Origin: a virus
Taxonomy: Duplodnaviria; Caudoviricetes
Virus record (IMG/VR): IMGVR_UViG_3300009103_000041
Span: 1-56,198 of that record
Direction: 5' to 3' (one strand)
DNA length: 56,198 bases
In this document: positions 26,819-33,947 of the stretch, piece after piece
Position numbering within the stretch: the first letter of the stretch is position 1
Layout of the letters: each line of letters begins with the position of its first letter
The notes under the pieces: generated by a model
Database searches by the model: none
The model's input: the letters and a program-made list of their open reading frames with translations, nothing else
What the model was told of the DNA's origin: nothing
Translations under genes and position numbers: made by a program

Positions 26819-28283
26819 TTAATACCTTTTGTAAAAATCTTGTTTGTCGTTTAGAATCGTCATAGTGCAATGGAATACATGTAGCAACAAGTAATAATCC
26901 ACCTTTTAATATAATATCTTTTGGTAAATCATATTCATCTAACTTATGAACAAATAATTCTTTTACGTATTTATTATGTGGAACATCAGCAACAGCTGCA
27001 TTATATCCATAATAACAGTCATGTGCTAACTTAGCCCAATCATAAATATCATCTCCTATTGTTCCAACCTTTCCTCCATAGTTTCCTCTTGGGTCAAGGA
27101 GTTTAAACTGGTCTGTCTGTTGGTTATATAATATATTAGCAAAGTGTAAATCACCATGCATTCCAGAAATTGGAGTAGTATTTTTATGAACTTCATAAGC
27201 CCAATCTAATAATTTTTGTTTAATGCCCTTAGGAAAACCACCAATCCTAGATAGTCTTTCTTCTGTTTTGTCAATCCACATTTTTCTAGATAATCCTGAA
27301 AAACTATCAATGTTACCTACGTTTTGTATTCTATTATTAAAATACTTTAATTTAATTTGAAATATTCTATCCATTATATAATCCCAATGGGAATCAGGCA
27401 TATTTTCATATAGCATTATATCACTTAATAATGTACCAGATTCATATGACATAATTAAATCAACTTTATGTGGTAATATTCTTGGTGTAAATAATGATTG
27501 CTCTGGAGTGAGTGTATCATACCAGGCTTTTTCATCTCTTAATGTTTTTATACTATGTTCATTATGATAGTCAGGACCTTTTCTTATTGTGCCAAGGTCT
27601 GCATCAAAATGTAAATTATTAAATGCGCGAGCTTTTGTATTTAAAAGAGCAGCACAGGTTTTAAAATACCTAGGCAAATCGCCAATGTCGTACCATAGAT
27701 TAGTGGTTACGTTACTAAACTCTCCATATATTTTTAGGGCGCCTGATATATCAGAATCAGCAGTTTCACGAAATGCATCTCTAGCACGGCCGCCATCTTT
27801 AAATGAATATAATCCAACCAATGCTGTACCATTTGGAATTGGTTTATCCGGTTTATTATAATAATCTAAACCATCCCACATACACCAGTTTTTATGGTCA
27901 TCTACAATTTTAGTTAAGAGAAAATCTGTGCCTAATGGCATATCTTTTTCTAAAATAATTGCATCACCTAACCAAACTACAACTGGTTTATCTGGGTCTT
28001 CTAAAGCATTCATACCAATCTTAATAGCATCCCTTGGTCCATCAAAACTTGGTTGATTAGCAAATTTTATGTTTGGATGTTTTACCTCACAGTACTCTCG
28101 GATATCTGAAAATTTTCCATCAATAATAACAATCTCATCAACACTACCATTGACGGCCTCTATTATATAATCAAGGGTTGGTTTACCATTAACACGTACC
28201 ATAATCTTTGACGTGTTGGAAGATAACGGTCTTAATCTTGTTGCCGCTCCGGCCGCTGGTATTACTAAATTGAATCTGTCCAT
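26805..28283 (-). CDS. Sugar-phosphate nucleotidyltransferase fused to an APH/choline-kinase-like domain
   Basis: VIPAAGAATRLRPL..K, WLGD, WYDIG; C-terminal HGDLHFANI, LDPRG, DWAKL. Confidence 0.85.
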   Translation of the reverse strand: MDRFNLVIPAAGAATRLRPLSSNTSKIMVRVNGKPTLDYIIEAVNGSVDEIVIIDGKFSDIREYCEVKHPNIKFANQPSFDGPRDAIKIGMNALEDPDKPVVVWLGDAIILEKDMPLGTDFLLTKIVDDHKNWCMWDGLDYYNKPDKPIPNGTALVGLYSFKDGGRARDAFRETADSDISGALKIYGEFSNVTTNLWYDIGDLPRYFKTCAALLNTKARAFNNLHFDADLGTIRKGPDYHNEHSIKTLRDEKAWYDTLTPEQSLFTPRILPHKVDLIMSYESGTLLSDIMLYENMPDSHWDYIMDRIFQIKLKYFNNRIQNVGNIDSFSGLSRKMWIDKTEERLSRIGGFPKGIKQKLLDWAYEVHKNTTPISGMHGDLHFANILYNQQTDQFKLLDPRGNYGGKVGTIGDDIYDWAKLAHDCYYGYNAAVADVPHNKYVKELFVHKLDEYDLPKDIILKGGLLLVATCIPLHYDDSKRQTRFLQKVLNEMG

Positions 28284-28663
28284 TCTTTAAATTCCTCTAA
28301 GTTCATTGACTTATCATCTACATACCAGGTAGATGAATAGGGTTTACCCCATATAATTTCATCGTATGGAACGTCATGTTCCTTTAACCAATTAATAGTT
28401 ATATCACCTACATCTGCTATGATTGCTTCTACATCACCATCATGTGTTAACATCCTTCTGGCTGTAAGTAAAATAATTTTAAATCCCTTTTCCTTTAATC
28501 TTCTCATACCATTTATAACATCATGGTTTGGAGTTGATAATCCAAACCTTTCTGCTGAACTTACCAAATCCAACCTGGGAAATGATATTGTATGGTCTAT
28601 ATCTATTACTACCGATTCTCTATTTTGTTTTTTAACTAAATCCACGGGTCTCCTAATAACCAC
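28265..28663 (-). CDS. HAD phosphatase (capsule-biosynthesis type)
   Basis: IDIDHTI, LTAR, GKP, YVDDK. Confidence 0.85.
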   Translation of the reverse strand: MVIRRPVDLVKKQNRESVVIDIDHTISFPRLDLVSSAERFGLSTPNHDVINGMRRLKEKGFKIILLTARRMLTHDGDVEAIIADVGDITINWLKEHDVPYDEIIWGKPYSSTWYVDDKSMNLEEFKEWTDSI

Positions 28664-29193
28664 ATTACTAATGAATATCTAGTACCCTTTGTTACTGTAT
28701 CCACTTTGTGCCACATATCAGATGGGAATACACAAATGGAACCTTGATGTGTTATTTTTTTATTTTGTATAGGTGTAGTTATACCATATTTTTCTTCAGG
28801 GTCGAAGTACATAGCGCCACCTTCATATCCATCATTTAAATTTACAGTAACACTTAACTTTCTTATTTTACCATCTATTGGTCTGGAAAACGTATCCCTA
28901 TGCCAATTATAAAATTGACCTTTACCATATTTTGTAAACTGAAGTTGTGGTACTGGTTCCCATTGAAAATTCCATTCAGCTTGTTTATTTGCTAAATTGA
29001 CATAAGGATTTATTATACCTATAATCCATTGGTCATATAACCAAGTTATTTCTGAATCTCTATTAATGCTAACATTACCAGTACCAGTTTTTGCTTTCAT
29101 TGATTTTTGTGCTAAACCATGTTCAATTATTTTATCACATGTCTCTTTAGAAAAAGCTTTATCAAATGTCCAAGCCATATTTTTTACTCTCAT
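28636..29193 (-). CDS. 2OG-Fe(II) oxygenase (PKHD/P4H-like)
   Basis: WHRD, RKLS, YEGG, HKV, RYSLV.W. Confidence 0.9.
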   Translation of the reverse strand: MRVKNMAWTFDKAFSKETCDKIIEHGLAQKSMKAKTGTGNVSINRDSEITWLYDQWIIGIINPYVNLANKQAEWNFQWEPVPQLQFTKYGKGQFYNWHRDTFSRPIDGKIRKLSVTVNLNDGYEGGAMYFDPEEKYGITTPIQNKKITHQGSICVFPSDMWHKVDTVTKGTRYSLVMWLLGDPWI

Positions 29194-30560
29194 GCAAAAA
29201 AGTCCTCTAAGGAAATTTGGCCATCATCTTTTAATTCTTGTTTTGATTTATATACTATTCTTTTTTTCTTTTCAAAATAACTTATGGTTTGATTCATAAC
29301 TTCTTTTGCACCCAACGCTGGTATATGATTTTCCATTACATAATTAAAATGTTCTTTTACATCTGTCTTATAAACATTATCTAGGAAAGTATCATGGTCC
29401 CACTTATTTGTTTGCTTACCAACCTTAGTTATATGTTCTAGCATTGGTGGTATTATATTAGAAGCATCAGTTTCTGTTTTAAGAAATTCTATGCCAGCAT
29501 CTAAATATCTATTATAGGCACCTTCATCTTTTGAAATTCTATGTATTTGCTCTTTAGTATTTTCTAAATCATTTCTATCAGACCAAATAGCTATATCATG
29601 GTCAGAGAATGCTTTACCATTTTCAGCCTTATTATATAATCCATAGTCAATATCAAATATTGGAACTGTCCCTACAGCAATTATTTCCATTTGAGCATAT
29701 TCAAATCTATCACCATAGTTATGTCTTTCTTTTGGTAAAGCATAACCACTATATCCAAACATACTATTAGCTATAAGGTTCATACCCTCTTGATATTCAT
29801 AAGGACCAAATGATTCCATTAGTTCTCTACCAGCATAATAAGTATATCCATTAAACTTTGCTTGATATTCTGTTCTATCTATAATATCAAACTTAGCTCC
29901 AATAGACCTTTCAATTCCATGAATCGCATAATGAAAATCTTTATCCATTTCCCAAAGGTCAATTAATCTACTTGGGTGTTTCATTGAAGTCCAACGACTT
30001 GCGTATATACAAGATTTATTTTTGTCCTTAAATGGTATTCTATATTTTTCATAATCAGAAACTGTTATAGGTAATTTCATTCTTGCTATTCTTTCACCAA
30101 GCTTTTTATTGGTTAAAATACCAGCCATGTCCTGTGAGTATGTGGTTTCTGTAGAGAAATTAAATATTATATCAGCAGCATTAGATATTGCTAAGTGAAT
30201 TGGTATTCTGTCATAGTTCATTCTTTTAATCTCATGCATCATACTAACCAATATAGGTTTCTTTATTTGTAGAACTAAATCATAATAGAAACTCTTAATG
30301 GTTTCTCTTTTATGCATGGGACTTGGATAACTATTTAATATTACAATATCATAATTGTCATTTAATCTCTTTGCAATATCTAGCATCTCACTAGGTTTAA
30401 AAGAAATTGATTCTTTAATATGGCCACCCGACCTAACAAAATTTCTTTCAGCTAAATTAAATATATCAATATTGTCTGGGTCATAGCGTTTCCACTCATA
30501 ACCATATTTCTCAACTCCACAGCCATCAAGGCCTTTTCCAAATACTATTGCTATTTTCAT
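29190..30560 (-). CDS. agt: DNA glycosyltransferase, T4 alpha-glucosyltransferase-like (GT-B)
   Basis: GKGLDGCGVEK N-terminus, NSYP, MMHE, RW...K, GIERS, RFEYAQME resemble T4 AGT; adjacent to gp42. Confidence 0.8.
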   Translation of the reverse strand: MKIAIVFGKGLDGCGVEKYGYEWKRYDPDNIDIFNLAERNFVRSGGHIKESISFKPSEMLDIAKRLNDNYDIVILNSYPSPMHKRETIKSFYYDLVLQIKKPILVSMMHEIKRMNYDRIPIHLAISNAADIIFNFSTETTYSQDMAGILTNKKLGERIARMKLPITVSDYEKYRIPFKDKNKSCIYASRWTSMKHPSRLIDLWEMDKDFHYAIHGIERSIGAKFDIIDRTEYQAKFNGYTYYAGRELMESFGPYEYQEGMNLIANSMFGYSGYALPKERHNYGDRFEYAQMEIIAVGTVPIFDIDYGLYNKAENGKAFSDHDIAIWSDRNDLENTKEQIHRISKDEGAYNRYLDAGIEFLKTETDASNIIPPMLEHITKVGKQTNKWDHDTFLDNVYKTDVKEHFNYVMENHIPALGAKEVMNQTISYFEKKKRIVYKSKQELKDDGQISLEDFFA

Positions 30561-31279
30561 TGTGCTGGGCTATAATCAACCCACATTTGTTTAGGTTTAA
30601 TTAAGTCAAAATGTTTTTCATAAACATGGAGGTTTTGAACCTGCCAAATCATATCACCTACATCTACATTTAAATCATTAGCTAATTCATGTAATACAAA
30701 TTGTTGCCATGCATAATCATTTTTATATCCATACACAACATCATTACTGCGCATTGATACTGAACAATTAAGGTGGTCATTACGAATATAATAAGCTACT
30801 GAATTAGTACATATAAAATCAGAACAACCATTCATATTATATTCATTCCAAATTTCTGGTCTATTATAAATCATCATAGCTCTTCTTGAATTAGGATTAG
30901 CTTTTAATTCCTCTAAGCATTTGTCATATTGATTATGATTATCTTCATGCCATATTAAATAACCATAATTGGAATGAATCCAACCCTCATCAGAAGCGGC
31001 ATATTGCCATGCCTCTGGTGGACTTTTACCAAATCCATATATGTCATTAATATTTAAAGACATGGATTGGTACCAATCAATTTCTTTTTTAATGTATTCT
31101 ATATTTGGTGTACCGAATATTGCGGGTTCATCTGCTAGAAATGACGCACCAATTAATTCAATACACTTAACGCCTGTCTTATCTATTGTTTGGCCATAAT
31201 TACCGCCTTGTTTGGCGCCAATAAAATAGTCACGGACATCCGCTACTTTATGTGGTCTTATTAACATTATATCTATCAT
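30557..31279 (-). CDS. gp42: dCMP hydroxymethyltransferase (gp42, thymidylate synthase fold)
   Basis: SNYG, SRRA, DFICT, MRSNDVVYGYKNDYAW with the dCMP-specifying Asp, LHVY. Confidence 0.9.
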   Translation of the reverse strand: MIDIMLIRPHKVADVRDYFIGAKQGGNYGQTIDKTGVKCIELIGASFLADEPAIFGTPNIEYIKKEIDWYQSMSLNINDIYGFGKSPPEAWQYAASDEGWIHSNYGYLIWHEDNHNQYDKCLEELKANPNSRRAMMIYNRPEIWNEYNMNGCSDFICTNSVAYYIRNDHLNCSVSMRSNDVVYGYKNDYAWQQFVLHELANDLNVDVGDMIWQVQNLHVYEKHFDLIKPKQMWVDYSPAQ

Positions 31280-31565
31280 CCATTTCTGGATGCTCCATTT
31301 GGTGTACCATTAAAATTAACATTTGGGTGGTGGCATGAGCTAAATGAGATTTACCAGATTCAGGGTCAATATCTTCACCTTCCCAAAATTTATTGAGGTG
31401 ACGTTGAATAGAAGAATAAGTGCGAGCCCATTCTGTTTTGTCACCATCATCTCGCCAATTATTCATACCATATTTTTCAGCACCAAACCGAAATACATCG
31501 GCTACTTCATAAAGAGGTTCAGGTGGAATTAGAGCCATAGGTGGCTTTTCTTTATCAAATTTCAT
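31248..31565 (-). CDS. dNTP diphosphohydrolase (DUF5664-like)
   Basis: KFDKEK, FGAEKYG..NW, RHL, DPESGKSHLAHA. Confidence 0.85.
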   Translation of the reverse strand: MKFDKEKPPMALIPPEPLYEVADVFRFGAEKYGMNNWRDDGDKTEWARTYSSIQRHLNKFWEGEDIDPESGKSHLAHATTQMLILMVHQMEHPEMDDRYNVNKTT

Positions 31566-31571
31566 AACTAT

Positions 31572-31600
31572 ATTATATCATATTTCATGGTGATTGTACA
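31572..31600 (-). promoter_or_regulatory. Early promoter heading the DNA-modification operon (leaderless)
   Basis: TGTACA-N17-TATAAT; ATG 6 nt downstream. Confidence 0.7.
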
Positions 31601-32013
31601 TAGATTCCCTGTAAAAAATAATTTAATTTATTATCATGTACCCAGATATATAATTTCTTTTCTATATCATATGCTTCATTAGCTCTTTCTAAAACATAAG
31701 GAACATAATGGGGTTGTGAAGTAGCTTTTTGTTCAGCTGGGTCTCCTTCTGGTTCAATTACATCTTTATAATCTCTAGGGTCATCTTTAAAATGTTTAAA
31801 TTGAATTAAATAATATTCAGGTGCATGACCAATTAAAACTGTTTGTAAAATTTTTTCTAAGGTTCTATTCTTACGTGTAGATTTTTTATTATAAATTAGT
31901 TGTGCTTCAGCTTTAGCTCTTGCAACAAATGGACTTTGGTCTAAATCCTTTACATTAAATTTCCAAGGAGAATCTTTTTTAGTGTACTCAATTATTGGAG
32001 TAAACATATTCAA
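31585..32013 (-). CDS. Hypothetical protein, possible PD-(D/E)XK fold
   Basis: GHAPEYYL...YKDVI...AEQK. Confidence 0.55.
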   Translation of the reverse strand: MNMFTPIIEYTKKDSPWKFNVKDLDQSPFVARAKAEAQLIYNKKSTRKNRTLEKILQTVLIGHAPEYYLIQFKHFKDDPRDYKDVIEPEGDPAEQKATSQPHYVPYVLERANEAYDIEKKLYIWVHDNKLNYFLQGIYVQSP

Positions 32014-32917
32014 TTGCTCTATCTGCTTCTTTTTTTAAAGGTCTATTATCATACCAACCACCATTGTCCATATCAATTTGTCTGCATAATTCTGCAATTT
32101 CCTGAGAAGTAATTGGATATTTTTTGCGTATTGCAATACCAGCAATGGATGTCATAATAGCATACATCTTTGCATACCAACCCGTATCAGTTATTTGATT
32201 ATATTCTTTAACTAATTTCTTATTGACAAATGGACAATCTTTATAATTATTCCAAGTGATATTTGTATTTGTCATTGAATTTTTACGGTGAGCGAGTACC
32301 TGTGCTCTCATTTCTGGAGGTAGATTATCTAATAAAGAACCAGTGCGTTCTACATAATCGTGTTTACTTATGATTTCAAGTGGGTCCATGTCAACCCCGT
32401 TAAAATTATTGTATATAAAATTATATGCACCCTCATATTTCCCAGGGATATAATACATCCTAGATAAATCTTTTGTTTGAGGGTCACCAACATCTCCTAA
32501 CTCTTTATTAAGAGCATACCAAAAATGTTTAATTGAATTTTTTCCTAAGGCTTTTTTTAATGGAAAGACCATTCTAAATTTTGGTTTTTCATATGTGGAT
32601 GATGCCGTACTATAGCATATATAGTTCCATTTACTATATTTTTTAACTATCTCTTCTGTAAGGGTATCACCATGCCAATTACCTTCATCTATATCTACAG
32701 CACACCAACCAGCCCAACCTAAGACATTATCATTTGCCCTTGTTGTTTTTTCTGTGTATATGGCAGGTGATATTAAAGGAGCTGATTTTTTATCTTTACG
32801 AGGTTCTTGCGCTAAATCAAAAAACATTTTTTCAAAGGACATATATGAATTAAAGTTTAAACGCTTATGCGTTTTATTGTCATATATTGATTTAAATATT
32901 GTAAGTGAATAATTCAA
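31988..32917 (-). CDS. Archaeo-eukaryotic primase (PrimPol-like) protein
   Basis: AVDID (I), YSTASS..PKFRMV (II), DPQTKDLSRMYYIP (III), helical C-domain; likely TTG start at 32917. Confidence 0.7.
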   Translation of the reverse strand: MNYSLTIFKSIYDNKTHKRLNFNSYMSFEKMFFDLAQEPRKDKKSAPLISPAIYTEKTTRANDNVLGWAGWCAVDIDEGNWHGDTLTEEIVKKYSKWNYICYSTASSTYEKPKFRMVFPLKKALGKNSIKHFWYALNKELGDVGDPQTKDLSRMYYIPGKYEGAYNFIYNNFNGVDMDPLEIISKHDYVERTGSLLDNLPPEMRAQVLAHRKNSMTNTNITWNNYKDCPFVNKKLVKEYNQITDTGWYAKMYAIMTSIAGIAIRKKYPITSQEIAELCRQIDMDNGGWYDNRPLKKEADRAIEYVYSNN

Positions 32918-33084
32918 GTTACTTTCTCTATGTTTCCTTTTTTCCAACCATCATATTCTTTTTTCCATTTAGTATGTTCATTAACAGTGAGGTCATGAAC
33001 AGTTTTACCTTTATACCTTTGCAACCATAAGTCGTAGGTATGTGTTTTAGAAAATATCCAGTCGTTCCAAGATTGTTTAGCCAT
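32914..33084 (-). CDS. 56-aa Trp-rich hypothetical protein
   Basis: Not in the ORF track; MAKQSWNDWIFSKTHTYDLWL...; fills the gap. Confidence 0.55.
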   Translation of the reverse strand: MAKQSWNDWIFSKTHTYDLWLQRYKGKTVHDLTVNEHTKWKKEYDGWKKGNIEKVT

Positions 33085-33086
33085 AA

Positions 33087-33281
33087 TTAATGCACCTTTG
33101 GTATTTCGGGTGTTAAAATATCATCCCGACTTTTTAATATATGTTCAGTCATTACTTTAAATTCATCTTCAGATAACATGGCTTTATAAATTTTCATTGC
33201 TTGTGCCATCATTATTCCTGCAGCCATTAACGGCTCATGATTTATTGTTAATTTTTCATACTTTTCATATAATTCATCCAT
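33087..33281 (-). CDS. Hypothetical protein
   Basis: Coupled 64 aa ORF with SD GAGG. Confidence 0.65.
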   Translation of the reverse strand: MDELYEKYEKLTINHEPLMAAGIMMAQAMKIYKAMLSEDEFKVMTEHILKSRDDILTPEIPKVH

Positions 33282-33895
33282 TATTTTACCTCATCTTTTC
33301 TAATAGTTTCAACTGCTCTACCATATTTTTCAATAGCATCTGGTGTCCACTTAGTATTATACTTACCACTAATTTCAGTTCTAGCTTTATTTGCTTTCAT
33401 TGCTTTTTTTAGTAGCTCTTTGTCATGTATCATTTTTTCTAATGCTGCCTCTTGTTCCTCAGTCCAAATTTCTTCTTGGACATTACCCTTATGGGATTGA
33501 GGTATAAGACCATGATTACCTTCATGACTTGGTGCTTTCCAATCTTTTGGTTTAATCATATCAGGAATTCCTAATGGATTTGGTCGTTCAGGTTTTACTC
33601 CGGCCTCCTTTGCCATATTAGCTTTCATAACTGTATCCCATGCTTTATGTGGATTAACACCTAATGCATCTAACGTACCAATAGCAACAACACACAAATC
33701 AATAAGACCATCAACAAGTTCTTCAGAATCCTCATAAATAATTGCCTCTCGTGTTTCTTCCATTTCCTCTTTAAGAAAATCATATCTAAATTTTATGTAT
33801 TTCCTCAACATAAAAGGACTAGCATTTGCTATCCAATTACGTACGCCAAATTTGGTTTGCATTCTATTAATATCATTTACCCAATCTGCACTCAT
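33281..33895 (-). CDS. MazG/PRA-PH-like NTP pyrophosphohydrolase
   Basis: EEMEE...EELVDGLID, ANMAK, KPKDWKAP. Confidence 0.8.
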   Translation of the reverse strand: MSADWVNDINRMQTKFGVRNWIANASPFMLRKYIKFRYDFLKEEMEETREAIIYEDSEELVDGLIDLCVVAIGTLDALGVNPHKAWDTVMKANMAKEAGVKPERPNPLGIPDMIKPKDWKAPSHEGNHGLIPQSHKGNVQEEIWTEEQEAALEKMIHDKELLKKAMKANKARTEISGKYNTKWTPDAIEKYGRAVETIRKDEVK

Positions 33896-33915
33896 AAATT
33901 TCTCCTTTATGGTAT

Positions 33916-33945
33916 ATTATATCACAATTAATATTAAATGTAAAT
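33916..33945 (-). promoter_or_regulatory. Early promoter (class A)
   Basis: TTTACA-N17-TATAAT with TGTG extension. Confidence 0.75.
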
Positions 33946-33947
33946 AG

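Noticed and set aside
28636-29193. TET/JBP 5mC dioxygenase
   Set aside because: The motifs (RKLS, YEGG, RYSLV.W) fit the PKHD/prolyl-hydroxylase-like family common in marine phages; a role on DNA is unproven
30557-31279. Thymidylate synthase
   Set aside because: It has the gp42-type RSND...ND(Y) Asp rather than the TS Asn and sits next to a DNA glycosyltransferase
31248-31565. 2-aminoadenine (dZ) pathway suggested by DUF5664
   Set aside because: No purZ or datZ in the window; the context is cytosine modification
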